Part shown: piece by piece, positions 24,983 through 38,141 of the stretch
Numbering within the stretch: the stretch's first letter is position 1
Layout of the letters: every line of letters starts with the position of its first letter
DNA from: Trichoplax adhaerens
Taxonomy: Eukaryota > Animalia > Placozoa
DNA length: 64,000 nucleotides
Assembly (NCBI RefSeq): GCF_000150275.1
Contig: NW_002060944.1
Coordinates: forward strand, 3,510,152-3,574,151
Direction of reading: 5' to 3'
Notes under the pieces: generated by a model
Database searches by the model: none
Told to the model about the DNA's origin: nothing
What the model saw: the letters and a program-made list of their open reading frames with translations, nothing else
Translations under genes and position numbers: made by a program

Positions 24983-27900
24983 TCTTCATTTAATTATTTG
25001 AATCCGTCTTGTATAAACTCACAGGCAATGAGTCAAATTGTCAAGTGCGTTTAACAATTTTTTATATAAATATATCTGATTGTCATGTAAGGAAAATGAA
25101 TTTAAAGACGTTCAATCAGTATGATATATGGGGCTCCGTTGTGATAGCCTCTTACTTGTACAGTATATACGTAACTGGAATTAACTTTAACGTAATCATA
25201 ACATTAAATTGTAGATTGACGATTTAAGGCAATGTTATTGGTTACGTACTGTTCAATCCTTGATATGATATTTGCATATAAAATACATTGAAATTGATTA
25301 TAACCTATTGTTTTATTTCATTGACATTGCTAAGCAATTTTTCTGATGGTTGTTTGTATAAGTATATTGGTGTGTTAATTTGCTTTACAACAGGGCTTTT
25401 GACTATTGATCATAGGATTGATCTGCTGGCATTAGTATGCGATGTTTCTTTGCGCCTACGACTGTAAGATATTGAGGGTTGTATATATGAAAGGATATTG
25501 TTTTGTCCATAATCTATTCGCTATGATATTAAAACTAAATGTATGGTATATCAGACCTTATTATCTGTACAGGTTATGTGGTTGTACAGCTCTGGAAAAT
25601 GTTATTATTGATTTTGTTAGTGCAGTACAGTAGTAGAAGATTAATTTATAATTGCTCGTAAAGCATATGCTATTTTAAGCATATTAAAGTAATTAATGCT
25701 GCGCTGTTCTATGATTCTAGAATACTTGATTTTTATTTAATCGGCTGCATTGCAGTAAAAGTGAATCGATTTAAGTTCTTCATGAGAAGTTTATAACTCT
25801 TAGAATACTTTTTTATTCATCAAATAAACGGAATATATACTTTCCCTATGACTGCAAGTTTGCAAATGTGAGAGAGAGATTGAAGTACACCTTGACTTGT
25901 TATTGGTGAAAAGAATTTTGTAACTGCCATAGAAAACTAGGGTCTGCTTATAGCAAATAATAAACTTTCTACTTATTAGACGCTAGGAAATAATACTGTA
26001 ACTTGAGGTAGCTTCCTGCTAAGCTTCGTAATGATTCTTCTACATACTGTTTAACTGTAATCAGTTATTAGATAATGTAAAATAATGATTTAAGTAATTA
26101 ACTGTAGTTATGCATAACATGTCACTTACTTTCATCAGAAACCTATAGTAAAATTTATATCATGCTGTAAATACTATGAAAAGTAATTGCGTACTGTAGA
26201 ATGATTAATTTCACGTTATTTCTATATGAATTCACACATAAATTAATAATATTTACCCTAATTTAAATTAGAAGTAAAGATAATGTTAATATGTTTAACT
26301 CTAAATCGGAATCTTTGATATTGCCGCAATGTCTACTACTTATTGACACTTGTTATGCACTCTTGTATTTATCCATTTCCAGAAAATTATCCACTGAAGG
26401 CATAATTAATATATGTTATTATATTATTACCGTATTTATAGTAGACTTTTTTTCACAACGATCATGTATTAAAAAATAGATCAGAGTTACTTTCGCAATA
26501 TGCACACATCATCATGGCAAGGCTAGATAGCTGTACGGTATATACTGTTTCAAAATACGCCATTTATAAAATACTACATTTCAAGAGATAAAGTTATCAT
26601 CACAATTTAAATATTATTAATCTACATTATAGTATATATGACTAATGAATAATTGTGATAAGTAGAAACTGTGGAATGTACCGTAAGAACTATTTAGATC
26701 GCTATGATTCTATACCATAGCTAATAGATCCTATTTATATGTTACGAATTCAATTTATTAACCTAGTAGATGAATTTATACTATTTATGACTATGATTAC
26801 TAGATTCATTACATTGGGGACATTTTGACGTAAACCGTATGATATTGAACACTTATACTGTAAGTCTATATATTTAAATGAGTAAATTTACTTCATCAGT
26901 TGATGAATTTCCTATCATTTTATATTATGGATCAGACTTTATTGCCTCAGGCAAGTGGTAGTTATCTCGATTATCGCAACAGGTTGCTAACGAACGAATC
27001 TTTACCAGAAATTCTTGTCTAAAGCTGTAGAAAGTAGCAGAATCTGTAAATTTCGCTATTCTTTGTGCTACTGATGATTATAAATATCACATCGGACTGA
27101 TTTTTTGGTATATAAATGGGAAATTATTTCCGTACATATCATTTTACATCTTTTCGTGTGGTAATGTAATACAAACACGAATGTAATCAAATTTTACTAA
27201 TTCGATATGCCTGTAATAGACCGGAGACTTCGAATACTACAACGACTCAGATTGCCTAAGGGCATACTTGCTGTAACATACATCATTGTCTATTCCTGTG
27301 TAGAAGCATTCTATAACATAAAAGTAACAAGCCTATCCCTTTAACGTAAATGAACTGGTGATCCCAACTGTGAAAGTCTAGAATGTTTTGTAGACAGTAT
27401 CCACGTCTATCAATTGCAGGCGTTGATAGGATATAGATTGAAGGAATTTGTGATATAAAAAATGATCTATTTATCATCCTTGTAGTATAACTACGTTAAC
27501 TATAGACTTGTTGATTAATTATTGGAAAAATAGATGTAGCAAGGTTTGATAGATAGACTGCATAAACCTCTATATGGGTAATAATGATGTAAAATGATAT
27601 CGATTAATATATGTGTATAATATCCATATATTCTTTAGCTAAAAGGATACTGTATACTAGCAAAGTCAAAATGGACAAACTCATTGAGAATTAATTAATG
27701 AATTAATTACTAACCAACATCTTAAAGGGGAAAGCTACTACCGATGCTATCTAATCTTATTTACTGAAATATTTCATAATCTTCAAAGTAAACCATCTTT
27801 CCATGACAATGCCCCTATTGAAATTAAAGTATACAAAGTAGAAAAATAAACGCTAAAAATATTACATAACAATAGTTAGGCTTGGCCGGAATGATAGACT

Positions 27901-28639
27901 ACTATTGTTCTGTTATAGTGTACAAGAACGCATAAACTTTAGCGAAGATGCCATGTCCGGATAATAGAAATAGCGTTATGTAATTACTAAGTCAATCCTA
28001 TTTTCTTTTATCACGCACTACAAGATAATCGTATAAGAAATCAGTAAATGAACTGGATTTGACTACTTCTTAATTTCAGTTTAGCTATTGTCATCATTTT
28101 TAAAAACAATATTGTGGGAACGTTATCCAAATCCAGAGTCTAACGATACTGTCCTAGAGCTAGATCGTTTTAATGATAGTATTAATGGTTTATTAATCGA
28201 GCAGTAATCTAGCGATTTTGTTAGTAGTTCTAGAGCTGTAAATACCGAAGCAACTAAGAAAGCTTCCATCAAGCCGTAAGTATCGCATTCTCGGTCATCT
28301 ATTTGATCTTATTCCATGACTGTAATCTAGGAAATGAATTAGTTCTATCAAGAAAAGTTAGCTATTGTGCTTTTTAAAATGATGCTTTGATTTCGTGGCT
28401 ATTCTTTCTATTATTTTAAATACTAGATGCTAATTTCATCTCTTGCTATAGGCACAGATCTGATTAATTACCAATTAATCGAAGAGAATCGCCATTTTTT
28501 TTCTTGCTGTTGCAGGGATGTCATGGTTGACTATTGATTACTAGAGTAAACTGCATGCATCATAGCAAATGAAATATTGAGTTTAGCCAACTGTGTTCTA
28601 AAATCTTCTAAATTACCCTTCTATAATCATATTATTTTC

Positions 28640-29227
28640 ATGGCCACTTCTAAAAAAGAACTTGCTTTTGATAAAGAAGCAAATAAGAACTTATCAAAGA
28701 CTAAGGCAGAGTTAACTGGAATTAACAAGAATAAAGGAGAGGAAATACGCTTGAGAAGGAATTTAGATGTTCTTGAAAAAGAAAAACGCGCCAATTTTAG
28801 CATTAGTAAATCACAGGAACTAGCTATGAAAACAAAATTAGAAAAATTTAAAAAATTAAAAAACAAGATATCTAACAAGACTGCCTCTCCGGAATCAGAC
28901 AGTGATGAGGATATCGAGATGCTACCAAATTATGGTGAACGGAGAAGATCAACTGTTTCCACAAGACCCAGTTCTGCAATCTATGGCAATAACGTAATTA
29001 TGCCTTCTACTAGTGCTGGACAAGTAAAGGACGCTAAATATGATATGTATGGTAGAAGGAATACTTGTACTTCATTGGGCATTAAACCCGACAAGCTCAA
29101 AGAATTAGCTGGTAGAACTTCTGGTAGTTCTAGTAGAGAGCAATCACCGAGTAGATACAGACCGTCATCTGGGTCTGGTATGAAGAGATCGGTAACTGAT
29201 ACAAGGATTGGTAAACTTGATGATTAA
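28640..29227 (+). CDS. Uncharacterised basic protein (N-terminal coiled coil, Ser/Arg-rich disordered tail), single coding exon
   Basis: 195-aa ORF from ATG 28640 (MATSKKELAFDKE...), with EEIRLRRNLDVLEKEKR coiled coil and RRRST/RRNT motifs. A candidate 5'UTR intron lies upstream (gtaagt near 28276, tgcag near 28515). Confidence 0.7.
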   Translation: MATSKKELAFDKEANKNLSKTKAELTGINKNKGEEIRLRRNLDVLEKEKRANFSISKSQELAMKTKLEKFKKLKNKISNKTASPESDSDEDIEMLPNYGERRRSTVSTRPSSAIYGNNVIMPSTSAGQVKDAKYDMYGRRNTCTSLGIKPDKLKELAGRTSGSSSREQSPSRYRPSSGSGMKRSVTDTRIGKLDD

Positions 29228-30650
29228 CATGTTAATCCCTGCCGTTATTCCAGAGAAATTATCGCTGGTGGGAAGTTTACTAAGAAGTAACACATAATAT
29301 ACTCTGCTAGCTGGTTGATTAGTTGGATGAAAATACTTAAATTTCGTAGGTTATTCTGCATTTTATCCATAATACTGCAGATACACAGTATCCATTTACT
29401 GTTGTCAAACATACAGATATTCATCAAAGTGAGCTAAAAAAAATTCTGAAGTTCACTTTGACAGGGTTATTTGAATATAAACATGATATACAGCTTTCTT
29501 AGTCTAAGAAGATATGATTTATCGTATGCATTATATTCTAGCGGCTTGATAGTGTCTGTAAATTATTTGCATTCTCGGTCTAGTTATTCTATTATTTTAT
29601 GAATAACATTTAGATTGTTGTATTGTTAAATCAGCGTAGTAATTCGGTCATGTACAGTATATGTAATGAAATGTGAGTTTAAAATTGCATTTCTTGAGAC
29701 TTCAGCAGACATACAAAGGTGTTTAATTATTATTGGATAATTATAATTTATAACATTTCAAATTCGTCATTAGCGATAGGCCTGAATGGGATCTAGATGT
29801 GCTATTTGATCCTTTAAAGTGAAATTCAAACCATTTCAAATTATTTTCTATATAGATACTGTATTGATTATCAAACATTGCAGGTCTATCGTGCTGGCCA
29901 TATAATTTTTTTTAACCGAGCAGCTATAGAAATTCAATTATATATTTAGCGAGTAAAACAGCATACTCAAAACTGTTAATGTTTAGAGCCAATAGTGCAT
30001 TTTAACTCAATCTTATGTTAACAGAGAGTGGGATATTAATCCAGTAAAGAGCTTTACATCCTAAAAAAGCGCAGAAATACTGAAACCATCATAATCTGAT
30101 CGATTGTTTATTGTACAGTGTTTGCTAATATGTGATGGCTACAAAAAACGGATTTGCGTCCCTTGGCTATCATCACAATCGGATGTTTTTATCTCTAATG
30201 TCACAAGAGTGATATTATTACCATGAGGGATTAATTTACTTATTACTTTGGTAATAAGATGCAGATTCTTTATTGAATTGAATTACTTCAAATTTAACTT
30301 AGCGGATCAAGAGATGTTATGGAGTTGGTGTCAATACTGATGATTATTTCAGGACCAATAAAAAACATTCAAAATTTTTAGGATTAAATATTGAAAGATT
30401 TCTTTATTTTTGAACAGACAGCATTCTTATCGATTAATACATTATTAAGATTTGGAAAGACATTGTTGTAGTATACACATAATACATACAAAAACAGTAT
30501 TCATTGTCACATTACCAATGCCTAATTTAACTAGCATAACTTACAGATAAAAAGTAATGCAATGAAGTTGAACACAGCATAACGTATAACTTTAACATTA
30601 CATTAAATTACGAAAAGGTCAACCTAGAAAGAAGAAGCTCAATAATGCAT

Positions 30651-32876
30651 TTAAGACGTATCCATGGCCTCTACTCTCGTTGTCACGTCTACGTTTGATA
30701 ATGTCAGTTGTTTTTCTCCAAGAACACCTACAAAGAGAATTTGTTGATAGCAGTTGTTACGCACAGATGCGATTTAAATTCTAAATACTCAGTTCATGTA
30801 TACAAACCTGTAGTTCCTCTCTTATAACGATATTTTCCTTGCCTATACACATTAAAAATATTCCCAATTATTTATAACAATTCAAAAACCCATTCAACTG
30901 AAAGTATTACTTTAAGCATACCTGACGCCTTTTATGTTTGCTTCATCAAACGGGCGAATATAATCGGTCCCGTCTTTTGTTATTACGCAGAGATCAACAT
31001 TACTTCCCGAACCCTATTGATAATTTAGAAACATACAATTTGCATCAAACTTGGTAGCAGAAGTCAATCCATCCAGTGAATATCGTAAATTAAAAATTAC
31101 CAAATCATTAAAAATTCCAGCTGCAATTGCATCCCTAACTAGCTGCTTTGCTTCGTCTAACTGTTCAACATACTTTATGTTAGTATTGCAAAGACATCGT
31201 TAGCGGAAAATAGTAGGACTCTATTACCTCCATATTAACATGGTATCTATCTTCGAACACTGCCATAGCAGCAAGAGATCCAGAACCTAGCAAAATAAAT
31301 TTAAATTCCCAAATCAACGTTCAAATAGTTGAAAGGTTTTCAATTTCTTGAATTAGCATCATTAATAAACTAACCCATAGTTACGTAAGGCAGTTTATCA
31401 CTACTACCACGAGCATGAACTGTATACAAATGCGGGCCTGTAGAATCAACGCCACCAAGAACTAGGTAGGCACCAACATAACCTTGATATCTATGTCGAT
31501 TATACAAGAAAAGCGATGACTGACCATGTTCATGAGAAGTGATATAATCATACGATGAAATAGAATATTGTTGCAGACTATGTAAATCATCCCAAATTTG
31601 TAAATTCTTAAATCATTGCCAGCTATACCTAAACAACATTTGCTTCAGCATCGTCAAAGCCGCTACAACACGAGGCTGGAGGATAAAGAATATAAGTAAA
31701 CGTTATAGTTAACGTGAATTAGAAATAAATATCTATAACCAAGTGATCATTTTAGTGTGCCTGCAAGGAACCGTTTGATTAGGTAAGTAATACAAATTCC
31801 ACGTTCAGACTTACTTTTCTTTCGGTCGTTAGGCTGTGTAGTTCAATCTTAGACGAGATCAAACGTGTGACATACTCAGTATCAGCTGCAGTACCTGCGC
31901 CACAGCAGCTAGGTAATGAAACAGAAATCAGATTACTTATCTCAAATTATATGGTAAATAGTCAATGGTTCAAGTCATTAGCATCTTGTGTAAGAGGGTA
32001 CTTACTACATGTTTGGTGAAATATAGTGGATTTTACTGCAGTTTTTGTCAGCAATAAATGTTCCCTGTTAATATAAACATGATTAACCGTTACAAATGTA
32101 CATCGAGTCATCTCATGAGCCATCCAATTATTACTGGTAATCCAAATGGTGTGGATATTCCACTAGCGAATAGAGAAACAACTTACTTCACTTGCTCTCG
32201 TATCCGCTCCAAGGATAATCCCATCCTAATCCATGTGAAGGAAAAAAAAGACATGTAGTGGTTGTATTAACCTGTCTATATTGTCCGGTATCATACTCAA
32301 GAAAATCATATTCACTGTTCTATATCAGTAATAAGCTAAAAGATAGAATTCCACCCCAATCGGAGACAACTACTTTGTACTGATAGAATAGGCTTTTACA
32401 GTACGTTCACTCGTACCGCAGACTGTATAGTACAGTTGTCCAGTACGACAATATACAGTAAGCAACCTCATTGCTGTATGTGATTATTACTGTAGTCTTG
32501 ACTTCTTGCATTGGATATCTAAATGGAATTGATCGCCTTAATTACCTTGAATACAATCCCAGCAATTGTTGTACCGGTTTTTCTAGCTTTAGCGGCTTGA
32601 ATGCCCTTTTTAGCGAACATTTCATTGCTATATCCAGTCCATCATTATAGAGAAAAGACAAATTGAAACGTCATCATTGCTCAAGTCATTTTGTAATACA
32701 CAAGACATGAGCCCAAGGCGTATTTTTTTATAGCTAAATTCATGCATAAATCAATTGTAATATGTAAACTGTTTCTTTAATCATCGAATAGCACGTTTAT
32801 TCTACCCTAACATTTACCGATTAACATTATCGAAGGAGAATCCTCCTTGCGGAGAATCGAGTTCAATGGACGCCAT
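30651..32876 (-). CDS. PSMB7: Proteasome subunit beta type-7 (beta2, trypsin-like)
   Basis: [20 protein letters not shown]..., propeptide junction ARKTG|[81 protein letters not shown], end ...MDTS* (TAA 30651-30653). Confidence 0.97.
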
Positions 32877-32919
32877 TGGTTTTTCACGGATTCTTCAACG
32901 TGAAATTGAGCAAGCGCAA

Positions 32920-33365
32920 ACAGTACAATATGTACCGCTGTGGTGTACTGTCCATAGTACAGTACAGTACAAACTGGTTTACAGTACTGTACTGTGTACT
33001 GTACTGACCGTAGTTTACTGTAGAGGTAAAAGAAACAAAAGATAAAACCCCTACAGTACAGTATTTTATTGTACTGTACTGTACTGTATAGTACAGTATG
33101 AGAAAATGAACGCAGAATGATGAAAGAAAGGAAAATGATTGTACTGTAACTCGGAGACTGCGCTGTACTGCACTGAATCTAGTCCTGGACTGGACCGGAC
33201 CAGACCAGACCATGCAGACCTCTAACCGCCGTACAGTACATAATACTACTGTACATACTGTACACTCAGTGTACAGTACTGTAGCTGTGTAGCAGTCCTC
33301 ATGATTCGGTCCAGTTCAGTCCAATTACTAAGGGGACAGCGAACTGTACTGCTACTGTATGTACC
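32920..33365. promoter_or_regulatory. Dense (CAGTA)n/(TACTG)n cluster upstream of PSMB7
   Basis: tacagtacagtac, gtactgtactgtactgt and similar repeated throughout. A (GGACC/AGACC)n pentamer run lies at about 33186-33212. Confidence 0.55.
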
Positions 33366-33422
33366 GTATCATCATGGACTACTAAAAGAAGACCGTACCG
33401 CATATAATTGAATTTTGCAATA

Positions 33423-34218
33423 AGAAATCGAGGAGAACCGAGAGGTCCATGTCTGCGATTAGTCCATGCACTTTTTGGGGAATTCAGTAGTCTGTAATAT
33501 GAGCCTTTCGGAGTAAATCGAGTGATGCATGTCCGTGATTAGTCCGTGCACTTTCCGCCTGCTTTGTACTTTTTAAATTTAGTAGTCTGAGATATGAACT
33601 ATAGAAGAAATCGAAGAGAACCAAGAGGTCCATGTCTGCGATTATTAGTCCATGCACTTTTTTTGTTGAATTAAGTAGTCTGCAATATGAGCCATTAGGA
33701 GAAAATCGAGTGATGCATGTCCGTGATTAGTCCGTGCACTTTCCGCCTGCTTTGTACTTTTTAAATTTAGTAGTCTGAGATATGAACTATAGAAGAAATC
33801 CAAGAGGTCCATGTCTGCGATTAAGTCCATGCACTTTTTTTGTTGAATTAAGTAGTCTGCAATATGAGCCATTAGGAGAAAATCGAGTGATGCATGTCCG
33901 TGATTAGTCCGTGCACTTTCCGCCTGCTTTGTACTTTTTAAATTTAGTAGTCTGGGATATGAACCACTAGAAGAAAACGAAGAGAACCAAGAGGTCCATG
34001 TCTGCGATTAGTCCATGCACTTTTTTTGTTGAATTAAGTAGTCTGCAATATGAGCCATTCGGAGTAAATCGAGTGATGCATGTCCGTGATTAGTCCGTGC
34101 ACTTTCCGCCTGCTTTGTACTTTTTAAATTTAGTAGTCTGGGATATGAACCACTAGAAGAAAACGTAGTGGTTCATGTCCGTGATGAGTTTATGCACTTT
34201 CTGGCTGCACTGTACTTT
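33423..34218. repeat. Tandem array, about 4 units of about 185 bp, each a dimer of two related ~90-bp monomers
   Basis: Units start near 33423, 33606, 33795 and 33973. Sub-monomers begin catgtctgcgattagtccatgcacttt and catgtccgtgattagtccgtgcacttt. Confidence 0.95.
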
Positions 34219-34476
34219 GATTGAAAATCAACCCCAACTTTTGACTACAATACACCGTCGAGGGCATAAAATGTCCCTGATAAAAGCCGGAAGATTTTAA
34301 GGGTGGGGGTGTTAGGACGAAAGAGAAGATGAGGAAAAGAACCTAGTATGGCAGTAAGGCAGAGATAGAATAAAGGTCAAGATTAATGGGAATCGATTCT
34401 TGTCAATGATATCGTTTGTTGTACTTTGTTTCTTTCGGGTACGACCGTTGATCAGGAATACCAGTATAATTATCCG

Positions 34477-34800
34477 GGAAATTTTCTGTATTGTCAATAG
34501 CTCTGATCAATATTCGGATTCGCCATGAACGCTGGTTCTGATAGTTCTGAAAGAACTATCAATAAGATTGATCGGCCAATTTTAAGAACGATCCATCATG
34601 ATTGCTGGACCAGTATTTCTAATCACAGGCACTCTACGAGTAAACACTCTTGATCAAGAAGATGAATAGTATATGGGGAAATTTTCTGCAAAATTAATAG
34701 TTCTGATCAGGTTGAGACTCGTATCATACATACTGGTTCTGATAGTAATTCTTTCAGAAATGCCAATAGGATTGACCGGCCATGATTGCTTGATCATCTC
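34477..34800. repeat. Degenerate direct duplication, period about 200 bp
   Basis: gggaaattttctg...aatagYtctgatca...ctggttctgatagt...caataRgattgaYcggcca occurs near 34477 and 34676. Confidence 0.7.
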
Positions 34801-37800
34801 GGGCTAGATCCAAATCACCATCATGGCCGTGACTGACTGATCAATTCTGAGATGATCAAGAAATCAAAATAGTAGGACGGTTAATCTTTGGGAATCCCTG
34901 AAATTCTGGGCTATTATGATCCGGTCATTCCTTGCAAATACTTATTAATCATCATCAAAGCAATATATTCGATATTGTTGTTATTGTTATGTATGAACTT
35001 ACTTGAGCTAATACAATCAACCTTATGTAAGGTTCGGGTTACTCCAGATTAGTCACTGACGCAAAGAACTGAGAATACGCAAAGCTCTGTAAATTGTAAT
35101 TACTACCACTAATTGATTTATTGATTGAAAATATCTTTGATGTTACCATCTTGCTTTAGTGACCTATTATCCTACAGTTTTGATTGTAGAATGCTCATTA
35201 ACGCTTCTTAAATGACTACTGACCGCGTGCAACTTATAGATTTTGGATAAGGCTATAGTAAAGATTACCAATTTAAGCGTAAAACTATGCTTTATTTTAA
35301 GAAATGTTAGAATATCAAGACGTGCAGTTAGATATGGCACTTTCATGCGAAGGAAAACCAGACGAAGACTGCCCGCATTGGAATCGTACTGTTTAGCTTT
35401 ATGTATGTTGTTCTAACGCAACAACATATTGAGAACAAGAACTAGGACGATGGATTACTCCCTTCCACCGGTAGTTTACCATCTATTTGATATTCCTAAT
35501 TTGATACCTAATAAGCCCATTTACCGCGTTTTAGATAAATAAATAAATAGGTTAACGCCGCTGACTCCTTTGTTACCATTATTATTATCCAGCAGTTGTA
35601 ATTTTACCATGAAAAGTACTCCTTGGGAAAAGCCATGGCTTACGAATCTGAAACTTAAATTTTCTCATAAAATAAGTTACTATACCTTTATGATACTAGA
35701 TAATCAAAGAAATTTATGATAGTTTTTAAGTCACTTTATTTGCTTATAATTATAATTATCTTGCCTAATGACATATTCGTAAATTGGTAGATACAATTGT
35801 AGCTAAGGAGAAGGGAATACCCTTCGAACCAAATAAATTAACACCGTTATTTAAAGGGGGGACTTTTAACAAAAACTGTAATAAGAAATATAAGCCGATT
35901 CACTTTAATATAACCAGCGAAAATAAAAGGTAAAGCTTGTTGCGGTCATTACAGGTAATCTCGATTTGAACTATAGCCAAAACTTACGTATTACTGATTA
36001 ATATTGGATCAATTTATAGAAAATTTTTGTTTTTTTGAAATACAGGCTACGGAAGTGATAATAAAAATTGTGTCGAATTCTGTGTTACATCCCACCATTT
36101 TACTGTTAATAAAAAGCATGACAATGCTAGAACTTTTAGTAATGCTGCCATATATCTCGGATGTGCAGAACGAGTCCATCAAGGTGTTGTACCTAACGAA
36201 TTTAGGACGTGGCTATATGGAAGAGGCGCTTGGTGTCGTGGGCAGGAGGTTAAGCCTTTGGTAGTTGACATAACCAACTAATTCAGTACTAAATCTGTCA
36301 ACAATATTACTTATCCTGGATACTACAATTATGTGGATCCACGTCCCGCTTACAAACCAGGAACTATTGTAATGTATTCCTATCTTACTCTTCACGATAC
36401 GTACTAGTTGTAATGAAATGTGATCGTAAGCAAAATATATTTTTGTATAGCGTATTGTGTGATATTGTTATAATCATACACTATAGATACGATATTAAAC
36501 TAGTCAAATTGTGCGGCACATGTACGCTGTTGGTTAAGGCATTACCATTCTGCCTATCTAAATTATGTGACTATTCTAGATTGTCGGTTAATGACATTTA
36601 ATGACAGTAAATGCTTGCCTAGATAAAATACAGGTTTCCTGTGATGTAATTTATAAGTTTATAGTAATCTCCAATCCTTAATTTCTTGGGAGATTTTAAT
36701 ACATATTAAGCAATTTAAAGAGATAAACTAGCGCTTAGTAAGGTTCTATTTGCGATATTTTCATTTGTTGTCATCTTCCGATTTTCTCTATCTACTTTAT
36801 TCTTGTGTAATTTTAAACGAATATAAAAGCTGTGTTGGTGCAATAATAAAGTGTTGACTAATATACCCAAGTGTGGTACTAATTTGTTATGAGCCCCTCA
36901 AGTTAGTTTAACTTTCACGTTAAATTGCAGATATATATTGTCATATATCGTACAGTTAAAAGTATACTAGTATCATCTAGAGGTAAGTAAGAAATTTTTG
37001 ATTAGACAGTACAGTATGTTATCTCTCATGGAAGATATATCCATTGATTAACATTTTTTGGTTTCAATTTATATCATATTCTTTTATCATAATCCCATGC
37101 TACTATCTATAAAACATGTAAGGTATTGATCTACAATCAACTTATTATAGATTCATAATATGAAGCGGGCACAAATTTCCTCTATACAGATAGATGTATC
37201 GCTGTATCTACGGCGGTTTTGTATCTTAAAGAATCAATTACAGCTGAGATTACCTGAGTTTGCTGTTGTATGCGATTTAACTCTGAATAGTATCATGGTT
37301 AAATGTTCGTAACCTAGACAGTTACTAATTCATAGAATAAGTTCGATCGCTTTTCTGTTATTATAGTTATAAAATGTTGTCATTATAATTTAGCTAATCA
37401 TAATTTCAAGCAAGCTCCAACATACGGGAATTCAAGGAAATTCGTAATGATGTTGTTTGATGTCATTCTTCACTCCTATCATAACTCATAATTCGTTCAA
37501 ATACAACAATTTTGCAAATCACCATCAATATAACTTCATCGATTATAATTTGCCAAAATTATGTTATTCTGTATTTATATACGTAAAGTAAATATAATAG
37601 TGAACTAATGCATTTGCTAAAGATAAATTTAATAGAGAGAAAAGCTTTCAATGGAAAAGATAAATAGTTGATTTACTAAAACGAAGGATGACAGTATTTA
37701 AATGAGTTATTTCTATAAATTCAGAAATCAATTAGAATGACTACTGAAATCATCATATCCCTTAGTATATATTTCTTTAATAGGATAGTAACTCAGCGAT

Positions 37801-38141
37801 TCGATAAATTCCTGAGAATTCACTAAAGATATTGTGCTTCTGCCCTTAACTGCCTCATAATCTATGCTCAAGATAGGAATACGACTTGTATCTATTTATC
37901 TAACCTTTTCCAAATATTTTATTTGCTTGACAATATTTAAAAAATTGCTTTAGAGAAGGATTTTAATTGATGTGAACATTGCACATATATCAGCAACCCT
38001 ATCGCTAAATCAAACTTAAATAAATTAAAGTTTATTCTTACAGAAACCTTTCCAAAATAAGACCGGCATACTATGACCTTGAGTTAATTGCAATACAAAT
38101 TGGTTATACGTATAGTATAAGTATCTCTAATACAATAGTTC

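Noticed and set aside
32884-33213. 109-aa ORF upstream of PSMB7
   Set aside because: It is a translation of the low-complexity CAGTA pentamer cluster.
33423-34218. Tandem arrays as CRISPR arrays or coding repeats (ORFs 33645-33872, 44517-44903, 56733-56930)
   Set aside because: Eukaryotic context, no unique spacers, no cas genes, and unit lengths or indels break the frame.
36004-36601. Short ORFs as candidate Eph kinase exons
   Set aside because: No kinase motifs on either strand.
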